Virus record (IMG/VR): IMGVR_UViG_2531839454_000017
Span: 1-13,981 of that record
Strand: one strand, 5' to 3'
Length of the DNA stretch: 13,981 nt
Source: a virus
Lineage: Duplodnaviria > Heunggongvirae > Uroviricota > Caudoviricetes
Shown piece after piece: positions 7,083 to 13,981 of the stretch. Within the stretch, counting starts at the first letter, position 1, and every line of letters starts with the position of its first letter. The translations under genes were made by a program, and so were the position numbers. The notes beneath the pieces are model-generated. The model was not told the origin of the DNA. It was given only the letters and a program-made list of their open reading frames with translations, and searched no databases.

Positions 7083-7248
7083 ATCGTCCATGCTCGCGCA
7101 CGCCAGAATTATGGTGGGCTGGGCAGGGGAGCCGAAAGGCTCGCCGGTTTCCTTGAGCGCCGGTAGTTCCAACCCTGTTCAGTCCGCCACCAGCGAGCTT
7201 GGAACCTCCGGTGGTGGAAGTTTTTCACTGCTCAAGGAGGCTGCCATC

Positions 7249-7611
7249 ATGGCTACAGTCCCAACTTCCCCATACCTGAAAATCGAAGTCGTCAACGGCA
7301 AGGCCGTTATTTTCTCCCTGCATGTTGCCTGCCACTTTAAGCGCATGCACCAGAACATCGTCGACAAAATCGAGTATCTGAACTGCTCACGCGAGTTTTT
7401 TACCCGCAATTTCATACCGGGTACTTATCACATCTATGGTGACTCCCTGCGTGGTTATTACATCACCCTTGATGGCCTGATGATGCTTCAGCTTGGGTTA
7501 AGTCTGCGCACAATGCGGTACTACGAGAGCTGTATTGAAGCATTCCATGAGGCAGAAACTAACCTGAATCACACCGCTTTCCGCCGTAATCAATGGGAGG
7601 TGCGTCCATGA
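7249..7611 (+). CDS. Rha-family phage regulatory protein, 120 aa
   Basis: HFKRMHQNIVDKIEYL ... NFIPGTY ... YYITLDGLMMLQLG ... CIEAFHEAE matches the Rha N-terminal domain pattern. ATG at 7249 preceded by AAGGAGG with 8-nt spacing. The same frame stays open upstream to 6715 but without a credible start. Confidence 0.7.
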   Translation: MATVPTSPYLKIEVVNGKAVIFSLHVACHFKRMHQNIVDKIEYLNCSREFFTRNFIPGTYHIYGDSLRGYYITLDGLMMLQLGLSLRTMRYYESCIEAFHEAETNLNHTAFRRNQWEVRP

Positions 7612-7802
7612 TTAGTTACGAAATTATTATTTCCACAACTGAATACAGAAACGATGTATCAGTTCGCACGGATACGTCTGTCTGGCACCGCCGCTATAAA
7701 TCTAGGAAAACAGCGGAACGTAAAGCAGCGGAGATGTGTGAAACCATCGCAATGAAAGGCAGTCCGGTTAAATACATCACTACGGCGGAGGGGCGCCCAT
7801 GA
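7608..7802 (+). CDS. Hypothetical small phage protein, 64 aa
   Basis: ATG at 7608 overlaps the Rha stop (ATGA); GGGAGG lies 7 nt upstream. Confidence 0.6.
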   Translation: MISYEIIISTTEYRNDVSVRTDTSVWHRRYKSRKTAERKAAEMCETIAMKGSPVKYITTAEGRP

Positions 7803-8023
7803 TTCGTCGCGTTGTGAATTCTCTGTATCACCGATACAACCGTTGCCCCCGTGTGGGGCAGTGGTTTGCCACCAGCAACGGTCACGTTCTGCGGGTTTGC
7901 CTGGTCAGTACCGAAAGCCAGAAAGTTGTGTGTGAATTACTGGGGCGTAACTACACCATTAGCTATCCGTTGATGGCGTTTCAGTCCGGAAAAATGTTTA
8001 AACGCCTGGGAGGTGCCGTGTGA
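7799..8023 (+). CDS. Hypothetical small phage protein, 74 aa (Cys-containing)
   Basis: ATGA overlap with the upstream stop; GGAGGGG Shine-Dalgarno; stop overlaps the GTG start of the next gene. Confidence 0.6.
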   Translation: MIRRVVNSLYHRYNRCPRVGQWFATSNGHVLRVCLVSTESQKVVCELLGRNYTISYPLMAFQSGKMFKRLGGAV

Positions 8024-8976
8024 GTAGCAAAATTCTCGGTAACGTCTGGGATGCATGTGCCGCGTATGGAGTCAAAGGTGCAAAGCTGATGATCATGGCG
8101 CGTCTGGCTGATTATTCGAATGATGACGGGGTGTGTTATCCCGGTGTTGAAACAATATGCCGACAGCTTGGGTTGGGAGAAAGCACAGTAAGAACAGCAA
8201 TTTCAGAGCTGGAGGCTGATGGCTGGCTGACGCGTCAGTCACGCCGCAAAGGTAATCGTAATACGTCCAATCTTTATCATCTGAATGCTGATCGGCTTGA
8301 ACAGCTTGCCAGAACGGAGCGGGATAAGGTCGCAGAACTAAAACAGCAGCGCAGACTTTCAGTACTACGTGACCCGTCAAAATCTGAACCTTCAAAATCT
8401 GAACCTTCAAAATCTGAACCTTCAAAATCTGAACCGTCAGAATCTGAATGTTCAGGTGTGTTTGACCCTTCAGATTCTGGCAAAAAAACGGTTTTGACCC
8501 TTCAGAATCTGGCCCCAGATCCACAAGGTTTAAAACATGATCCGCAAGTAAATTCAAAACATGATCCGCAAGATATTGGCGCATCCGCTGACGCGTCTGC
8601 ACCAGCGCGCTCTGCCCGACAGGAATATTCACCGGAATTTGAACAGGCCTGGCAGGAATATCCCAAACGTGCTGGTGGTAATTCCAAGTCGGCAGCCTTC
8701 AAAGCCTGGAAAGCCCGTCTCAGGGAGGGAATAAAACCGGAGACCATGCTTGATGGTGTGAGACGTTATGCCGCTTGGGTACGTGCTACAGGAAATACCG
8801 GCACACAGTTCGTGAAGCAGGCTGCGACGTTCTTTGGACCCGATCGTCACTTCGAAGACTTCTGGCAACAGCCAGCCGCTCCCGGAGGGGGGCGACAGCG
8901 ACAGGTCGATGTCCTGGCTGGCCTGGGAGCCATGTCTGACAAATTCGGTAAATCCAGTGACAAATTGACATTCTGA
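8020..8976 (+). CDS. Phage replication initiator (lambda O-like replisome organiser): N-terminal winged-helix region, central repeats, C-terminal domain
   Basis: GTG start with GGGAGG 6 nt upstream, coupled to the preceding gene; PSKSE repeated four times plus further repeats in the middle; position immediately upstream of the DnaC- and DnaB-like genes. Confidence 0.75.
   Translation: MSSKILGNVWDACAAYGVKGAKLMIMARLADYSNDDGVCYPGVETICRQLGLGESTVRTAISELEADGWLTRQSRRKGNRNTSNLYHLNADRLEQLARTERDKVAELKQQRRLSVLRDPSKSEPSKSEPSKSEPSKSEPSESECSGVFDPSDSGKKTVLTLQNLAPDPQGLKHDPQVNSKHDPQDIGASADASAPARSARQEYSPEFEQAWQEYPKRAGGNSKSAAFKAWKARLREGIKPETMLDGVRRYAAWVRATGNTGTQFVKQAATFFGPDRHFEDFWQQPAAPGGGRQRQVDVLAGLGAMSDKFGKSSDKLTF
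8374..8512. repeat. Iteron-like array inside the O-like gene; candidate phage replication origin
   Basis: Five tandem 15-bp units (TCAAAATCTGAACCT and variants) at 8377-8451, then two copies of TTTGACCCTTCAGA(T/A)TCTGG flanking an A-run (8461-8512), and a further 17-bp direct repeat (AAAACATGATCCGCAAG, twice) near 8531-8580. Confidence 0.55.
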
Positions 8977-8986
8977 GGGGACAGCG

Positions 8987-9865
8987 ATGATGACGTTTAA
9001 CCTGCGTGAACAACAAAAAAGACTACAGGCGCGAATGGATGAGTTACGGGCAGAGATTGCATTTGCTCAGAAGGGCGAAAAGCCATGGCCTTATCGTTCC
9101 TGCCTGATGCGTGAAGGTCGCGGATATTGCGAAAAACACGGTAAATACCATACGCATATACTGGTGTGGAGCGATCGTAATGGCGAGGACAGAGAAAAAA
9201 TTTCATGCTGCCCTGACTGCTTGATCGCTGAGGCCAACGATTTGACCATGGAATTGTCGTCCATCAAGGCGGAAGAGCTGACTGATAACGCCGGAATTGC
9301 CCTGCGTTTTCGGGACTGCGAGTTTGATAATTATCTGGAGGTTAATCCTGACGCAGCCAGAAATCTTGCAGCCTGTCGCCGCTATGCGGAGAACTGGCCA
9401 GATATGCTGGAGAACGGCACCAGTCTTGTTATGACTGGCAGTTGCGGTACCGGGAAAAATCATCTGGCGGTATCAATGGCAAAACACATCATCCGTAACT
9501 ATCTGGCCAGTGTGGAGATCACCGACGTGATGCGTCTTACCCGTGCTGTGAAAAACTGCTGGCGGAATGACAGCGAAAAAACAGCGGATGAAGTTATTGA
9601 GCATTATGCGTCAATGGATTTGCTGATCATCGACGAAGTTGGTGTTCAGTTTGGCAGCGCGGCTGAAATGGCTATTTTGCAGGAAATTATCAATGCCCGG
9701 TACGAAAGTATTCTGCCCACCATCCTGATTAGCAACCTTTCACCGGATGAGTTGTGGGCGTTCATCAGCCCCCGCATTGCCGACAGGATCACAGACGGGG
9801 GGCGCAACTGGTTGTCGTTCAACTGGCCCAGCTATCGTTCTCGTATCAGAGGTGTGGCTGCATGA
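8987..9865 (+). CDS. DnaC-like helicase loader (AAA+ ATPase, IstB/DnaC family)
   Basis: Walker A GSCGTGKNHLA (compare E. coli DnaC GKPGTGKNHLA) and Walker B DLLIIDEVG; Cys/His-rich N-terminus; GAGGGG Shine-Dalgarno 6 nt upstream. Confidence 0.85.
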   Translation: MMTFNLREQQKRLQARMDELRAEIAFAQKGEKPWPYRSCLMREGRGYCEKHGKYHTHILVWSDRNGEDREKISCCPDCLIAEANDLTMELSSIKAEELTDNAGIALRFRDCEFDNYLEVNPDAARNLAACRRYAENWPDMLENGTSLVMTGSCGTGKNHLAVSMAKHIIRNYLASVEITDVMRLTRAVKNCWRNDSEKTADEVIEHYASMDLLIIDEVGVQFGSAAEMAILQEIINARYESILPTILISNLSPDELWAFISPRIADRITDGGRNWLSFNWPSYRSRIRGVAA

Positions 9866-11253
9866 CAATACCAGTCTGGCGTAACGATGACCTGGAAGGC
9901 GCTGTTATTGGCGCGTTCTTTCTGCGTGGGGCAGATCCTGAAGTGATGGATATTCTGGCCACATTGCCGGCGGACGTTTTTTCTGTACGAGCGTATCGGG
10001 ATATCTACACAGGTATCTGCAGACAGGCCCGTGTTTCAGGTGTGATTGACCCTGTGCTGCTGTGTAATGAGATGCCGGAACTTGCCCCGGTGATTACTGA
10101 TACCGGGCGCAAAACCTGGGTGAAGTCGTCACTGGAGCACTATGTTGCAGCGTTGCGGCGCAATGCCGCATTGCGCGATGCAGAAAAAACACTGAATGAG
10201 GCGTTACAGAAATTACGTGATGCGCATACCTGTGAAGCAGCTGAAGATGCTCTGAAGGATGCGCAGAACATGATGGCCTCATTGTCGACGGGGAAGGGTA
10301 TTATTCAGCCGGTACATATTGATGATGTGCTTCCGGAAGTGGTTGAACGTGTTGAATGCCGGAATCAGGGGCTGGAGAAATCCAGGACGCTGATGACCGG
10401 TATTGATGAACTGGACGCAAAAACAGGCGGTATGGAACCCGGCGACCTGGTATTTATTGCGGCTCGTCCTTCGATGGGTAAAACCGAACTGGCGCTGGAT
10501 ATCATCGACAAGGTGACTGAGCAGGGGCATGGTGTTCTTCTGTTCACAATGGAAATGGCGAACATCCAGATTGGTGAGCGCATGGTATCTGCGGCTGGAG
10601 GAATGCCGGTATCACGCCTGAAATCTGTCACTCACTTTGAAGACGAAGACTGGGCACGTTTCTCACAAGGAGTGGGGCGGATGACCGGGCGCAATATCTG
10701 GATGGTGGACCAGGCGAACCTGACCATTGACGAGATATACGCAACAACGAAACACCACCTGATTAAACATCCGGAAACGGCGCTGGTGGTGGTTGATTAT
10801 CTCGGGCTGATAAAAACCCGGAGCACGGGGCGTCATGACCTTGCCGTGGGTGAAATCTCAAAGGGGCTTAAAGGCCTGGCAAAATCCGGCGGATTACCGG
10901 TGGTTGCGTTGAGTCAGCTCTCCCGCGGTGTGGAGTCCAGGCCCAATAAACGCCCCATGAACTCAGACCTGAAAAATTCCGGAGAAATAGAGGCGGATGC
11001 AGACATCATTCTGATGCTTTACAGGGATGAAGTGTACAACCCGGATACGCAGGCCAGGGGCATCGCAGAAATCAATATCACGAAACAACGTAACGGTTCT
11101 CTGGGAACGATTTACCGGCGTTTTTATAACGGACATTTTCTGCCTGTGGATCAGGAAAGCGCACAGATTCTTTCTACCCCAATGCAGCAGCCCCAGCCGC
11201 GCAGATACAGCAACAAACGAACTGACAGCAGTAAGATGGAGCGTTTCTTTTGA
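9862..11253 (+). CDS. DnaB-family replicative helicase, about 463 aa
   Basis: ATG at 9862 overlaps the DnaC-like stop (ATGA). Motifs ARPSMGKTELALDI (Walker A), LVVVDYLGL, VVALSQLSR and KQRNGSLGT align with E. coli DnaB; the track ORF starts further upstream inside the preceding gene. Confidence 0.9.
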   Translation: MTIPVWRNDDLEGAVIGAFFLRGADPEVMDILATLPADVFSVRAYRDIYTGICRQARVSGVIDPVLLCNEMPELAPVITDTGRKTWVKSSLEHYVAALRRNAALRDAEKTLNEALQKLRDAHTCEAAEDALKDAQNMMASLSTGKGIIQPVHIDDVLPEVVERVECRNQGLEKSRTLMTGIDELDAKTGGMEPGDLVFIAARPSMGKTELALDIIDKVTEQGHGVLLFTMEMANIQIGERMVSAAGGMPVSRLKSVTHFEDEDWARFSQGVGRMTGRNIWMVDQANLTIDEIYATTKHHLIKHPETALVVVDYLGLIKTRSTGRHDLAVGEISKGLKGLAKSGGLPVVALSQLSRGVESRPNKRPMNSDLKNSGEIEADADIILMLYRDEVYNPDTQARGIAEINITKQRNGSLGTIYRRFYNGHFLPVDQESAQILSTPMQQPQPRRYSNKRTDSSKMERFF

Positions 11254-11507
11254 ACAACCAGACAACACCTTTTACCCCTGAACAATTACGTAAACAGGCA
11301 CAGGAAATGTTGCGACAGGCGGAACAACTGGAAAAAACAGGTGTAACAAAAGATGCCATTCGTCGGGATATGGTGCCAGCGCTCAGGGAACTGATGCAGG
11401 CGAAACACCGCGCACAAAAAGCGGTGGATGAGCTGGTGGATTGTGTGGCAGAGCTGGAAACCAGAGTTGGAAAGTTTGAAAAACTGGTGCAGGAGGTGCT
11501 GCGCTGA
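11250..11507 (+). CDS. Hypothetical small protein, 85 aa, probably coiled-coil
   Basis: TTG start at 11250 overlapping the helicase stop, with GGAG about 8 nt upstream; an internal ATG at 11307 is an alternative start. Stop overlaps the Q start. Confidence 0.5.
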   Translation: MNNQTTPFTPEQLRKQAQEMLRQAEQLEKTGVTKDAIRRDMVPALRELMQAKHRAQKAVDELVDCVAELETRVGKFEKLVQEVLR

Positions 11508-11890
11508 TGCGTGATATTCAGATGGTTCTTGAGCGTTGGGGGGCATGGGTGGCAAATAATCATGAGGATGTCACCTGGTCATCGATTGCAGCCGGATTCA
11601 AGGGACTTATTCCTTCAAAGGTTAAATCGCGACCGCAATGTAGTGATGATGACGCAATGGTTATTTGTGGGTGTATGGCTCGTTTGAAAAAGAACAACAG
11701 TGATTTGCATGATTTGCTGGTAGATTATTATGTGGCTGGTATGACGTTTATGGCACTGGCCCGTAAGCATCATTGTTCTGATGGATATATAGGAAAAAAA
11801 CTTCAGAAGGCTGAAGGAATAGTCGACGGAATGTTGATGGCACTGGATGTTCGTCTCGAGATGGATCTTGAAGTTGTTAGATGTTATTGA
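11507..11890 (+). CDS. Late-gene antiterminator Q, 127 aa (phage 21/QuuD-like type)
   Basis: Length, sequence ([24 protein letters not shown] ... [23 protein letters not shown]) and position before the late-region porin match the short Q family of DLP12/phage-21-type lambdoids; AGGAGG upstream. Confidence 0.8.
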   Translation: MRDIQMVLERWGAWVANNHEDVTWSSIAAGFKGLIPSKVKSRPQCSDDDAMVICGCMARLKKNNSDLHDLLVDYYVAGMTFMALARKHHCSDGYIGKKLQKAEGIVDGMLMALDVRLEMDLEVVRCY

Positions 11891-11901
11891 TTAACGTTTG
11901 C

Positions 11902-11910
11902 TGGTAAAAT
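11902..11910 (+). promoter_or_regulatory. Candidate late promoter (pR'-like) extended -10 element: TGgTAAAAT
   Basis: TG at 11902-11903 and TAAAAT at 11905-11910, immediately downstream of Q and resembling the lambda pR' -10 region; no good -35. Confidence 0.3.
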
Positions 11911-11914
11911 TGAA

Positions 11915-11941
11915 TAAAAAAGGGGACGCAAAAACGCCCCC
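11915..11941 (-). terminator. Minus-strand intrinsic terminator, likely for the porin transcript
   Basis: Minus sense reads GGGGGCG-UUUUUG-CGUCCCC followed by UUUUUUAUU. Confidence 0.55.
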
Positions 11942-12027
11942 AAGAGTTTAGAGTAATAAATAACAGAAGGTTAAAAAGAAAAGACAAAATGTCTTTCTTA
12001 ATGCAGTGACGTGAGGGCGTCACCCAC

Positions 12028-12068
12028 ATGTTGTGGGAGATAAATATCTCCCACAACATATCTTTTTT
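12028..12068 (+). terminator. Plus-strand intrinsic terminator (candidate tR')
   Basis: Perfect 15-bp inverted repeat ATGTTGTGGGAGATA/TATCTCCCACAACAT (12028-12059) followed by TTTTTT (12063-12068). Confidence 0.6.
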
Positions 12069-12079
12069 AATAAAAAGAT

Positions 12080-13177
12080 TTAGAACTGGTAAACCATACC
12101 GACAGCAACAATATCGTCGGTGTTTATACCAAGACCTCTGGTGAAATCATTTTTGTCAAGCAGGTTGATTTTGTAATCAACGAAAGTAGACATATTTTTG
12201 TTGAAGTAATAGGTTGCGCCTACATCAACATATTTAACTAAGTCTTGATCGCCCCATACTCCGAGATCTTTACCTTTAGATTGCAGGTAAGCCACGGACG
12301 GACGCAGCCCAAAATCGAACTGATATTGTGCAACAGCCTCAACGTTCTGAGCTTTATTAGCGACGAAGCGATCAGCAAATACCGTCATATTCTGGGTTTC
12401 AGAATAGGTAGTGGCCAAGTAAATGTTGTTAGCGTCATATTTCAGACCAGCGGCCCAAACTTCTGCATTTTTACCGGAAGCAAATACTCCAGGAAGAACT
12501 TTCCCTAGATTAACTTGAGTGTCGGTACGGTCAGATTTCGCATAAGTTGCACCAATACCGAATCCTTCGTATTCATAGGTAGCAGAGAAACCGAAGCCAT
12601 CACCGTTACCTTCGGTATAGTTATCGAGATTGCTACGATCGTTTTTGCCTTGGTACTGAGCAGCAAAGTTCAGACCATCAACCAGACCGAAGAAGTCGTT
12701 ATTACGGTAAGTTGCAACACCAGTTGCACGCTGAGTCATGAATACGTCGGTTTGAGTCCAGGTATCCCCACCGAATTCTGGCAAAACGTCAGTCCACGCA
12801 CCGATGTCGTATGCTACACCGTAGTTACGGCCATAATCGATGGAGCCGTAGTCACCGAATTTCAGGCCAGCGAATGCAAGGCGAGTTTTATCCCCGGAAG
12901 AACCTTGAGATTCAGCACGGTTGCCTTTGAATTCATATTCCCACTGACCGAAACCAGTCAGTTGATCATTGATTTGGGTTTCGCCTTTGAAGCCCAGACG
13001 AGCATAAGTTTTGTCACCATCGTGTTTATCGTTAGAGGAGAAGTAGTGCTCGGCATTAACTTTTCCGTACAGATCCAGTTTGTTGCTGTCTTTGTTATAA
13101 ATCTCTGCTGCTTGAGCAGACATCGCCATTAATACTGACGCAGCTACAGCAGAGATTGCCACTGTTAATTTTTTCAT
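12080..13177 (-). CDS. nmpC: Prophage-encoded outer-membrane porin (OmpC/OmpF superfamily, NmpC/Lc type), 365 aa
   Basis: Signal peptide [23 protein letters not shown] followed by AEIYNKD; general-porin beta-barrel sequence ending in the C-terminal VYQF; minus-strand gene placed just after Q, as nmpC in DLP12 and lc in PA-2; AAGGA Shine-Dalgarno. Confidence 0.93.
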   Translation of the reverse strand: MKKLTVAISAVAASVLMAMSAQAAEIYNKDSNKLDLYGKVNAEHYFSSNDKHDGDKTYARLGFKGETQINDQLTGFGQWEYEFKGNRAESQGSSGDKTRLAFAGLKFGDYGSIDYGRNYGVAYDIGAWTDVLPEFGGDTWTQTDVFMTQRATGVATYRNNDFFGLVDGLNFAAQYQGKNDRSNLDNYTEGNGDGFGFSATYEYEGFGIGATYAKSDRTDTQVNLGKVLPGVFASGKNAEVWAAGLKYDANNIYLATTYSETQNMTVFADRFVANKAQNVEAVAQYQFDFGLRPSVAYLQSKGKDLGVWGDQDLVKYVDVGATYYFNKNMSTFVDYKINLLDKNDFTRGLGINTDDIVAVGMVYQF

Positions 13178-13629
13178 CGTGAATCCTTAGTCCTTTTCGG
13201 AACTATTATTAAAAAATATTGTCACTGCGGCCTAAATATACATCTAATCGGTATGGCTATTTCAAGATATGGAGTTTATTTAATGGTTCAAAGTGTGATC
13301 AAGATCTCGTTTATGCGTACTGGTAATTATTGACGATGTTTTTGTAATGAGAGATGCGTTTCTGAAATGCAATGAAAAGTTATTGTTTTTGTATTTTATA
13401 ATGTAAATTTTTTGCGTGCTGGTTTACGTACGTAAAAATTTAAATATGATGTTAAGAGTAGTCACTTTGCCACACAGCTTAAACCAGCCGCCAAACGGGG
13501 TTTTTTATGCCCGAAAAGCGGCGCAGTACGTTAAACGCGCTGGTGGTTGCGAATACGGGTCTTTCAGCTTGCTGGCTTTTCCGACAAGAGTTATTGGTAT
13601 GTCACGTTAACCAGAAAAGGGAAAAAGAC

Positions 13630-13827
13630 ATGCTAAAACAGCAGGATATGACCGAAACTGCCAGAGTGGTGTTTAATGAATTAAGCGTCACCGAACCGGC
13701 GACCGTCGGGGAAATTGCGCAGAATACTTACCTTTCACGCGAACGTTGCCAGTTAATACTGACCCAGCTTGTTATGGCGGGTCTGGCAGATTATCAGTTC
13801 GGTTGTTACAGACGCCTTCCGCAGTGA
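13630..13827 (+). CDS. Hypothetical small protein, 65 aa (start chosen inside ORF 13507..13827)
   Basis: ATG at 13630 preceded by AAGGGA with 7-nt spacing; soluble, not holin-like. The alternative start at 13507 follows GGGG plus a T-run. Confidence 0.45.
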   Translation: MLKQQDMTETARVVFNELSVTEPATVGEIAQNTYLSRERCQLILTQLVMAGLADYQFGCYRRLPQ

Positions 13828-13921
13828 AGGCTTTTTAATTTGTGGTAATGGGCGGCTGGTGGGTGTTAGCGGCACCTGCCAGCCATCTGCTCATGCGTTG
13901 GGGTCACAAGCAAACCTCAGG

Positions 13922-13940
13922 CCCATCTGCTTTGCGCAAA
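13922..13940. repeat. Copy 2 of the repeated motif, with a partial third copy at 13883-13897
   Basis: CCCATCTGCTTTGCGCAAA; partial copy CCATCTGCTcaTGCG about 40 bp upstream; lies just before an ATG at 13947 that runs off the window. Confidence 0.45.
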
Positions 13941-13981
13941 AGCGGTATGAGCCTATCAGAGAAGTGCTTATTGATCTATGA

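Noticed and set aside
6715-7248. Upstream extension of the Rha ORF (track ORF 6715..7611, 298 aa)
   Set aside because: The first part overlaps the preceding gene out of frame, no in-frame start has a ribosome-binding site, and a terminator-like hairpin lies inside; the ATG at 7249 with AAGGAGG is the credible start. The open frame is reported as a finding instead.
8377-8451. Tandem 15-bp repeats considered as a possible CRISPR array or minisatellite
   Set aside because: Units are contiguous with no spacers, too short for CRISPR repeats, and in-frame within a coding gene; interpreted as origin iterons/linker repeats.
8093-8868. Minus-strand ORFs 8093..8632, 8277..8483, 8502..8747 and 8629..8868 inside the O-like gene
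   Set aside because: Antisense to a well-supported gene, and several are kept open by the tandem repeats (their translations are repeat artefacts such as GSDFEGSDFEGSDFEGSDFDGS).
10094-10631. Minus-strand ORFs inside the DnaB-like gene (10094..10282, 10279..10530, 10365..10631)
   Set aside because: Antisense to a strongly supported helicase gene, with no start signals.
11235-11253. DnaB-like protein ends in MERFF, the same pentapeptide that begins the transposase fragment (27-41)
   Set aside because: The DNA match is only about 13 of 14 nt, which is within chance expectation for a 14-kb window; not evidence of an IS junction.
12245-13132. Plus-strand ORFs 12245..12508 and 12515..13132 (up to 205 aa)
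   Set aside because: Both lie antisense within the porin gene, whose product is unmistakable; shadow ORFs.
13947-13981. ATG at 13947 opening a frame that runs off the window (MSLSEKCLLIY...)
   Set aside because: Too little sequence to judge; not hydrophobic like a holin N-terminus and no clear Shine-Dalgarno. Not reported as a feature.

Overview
This window reads as the immunity, replication and early/late junction of a lambdoid (DLP12/phage-21-like) enterobacterial prophage, entered on the left through the 3' end of an IS3-family transposase gene. From left to right: a leftward (minus-strand) block of accessory genes with no recognisable function (1-4.4 kb), including an SPFH/band-7 lipoprotein operon, a translationally coupled 62-aa/193-aa pair and an atypical HTH protein with its own promoter; a CI-like repressor (HTH + S24 peptidase) divergent from a Cro-like gene; a reverse-oriented moron; two Rha-family regulator genes; an O-like initiator carrying an internal iteron array, a DnaC-like loader and a DnaB-like helicase; a Q antiterminator; a hairpin-rich Q-porin spacer; and a minus-strand NmpC/Lc-type porin. 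The most interesting candidates for an undescribed system are the cI-distal cargo genes, which sit where lambdoid phages carry exclusion/defence genes (rexAB, sieB in lambda). All calls are from reading the sequence and the ORF track; no database search was run, so family assignments rest on recognised motifs and many products remain hypothetical.
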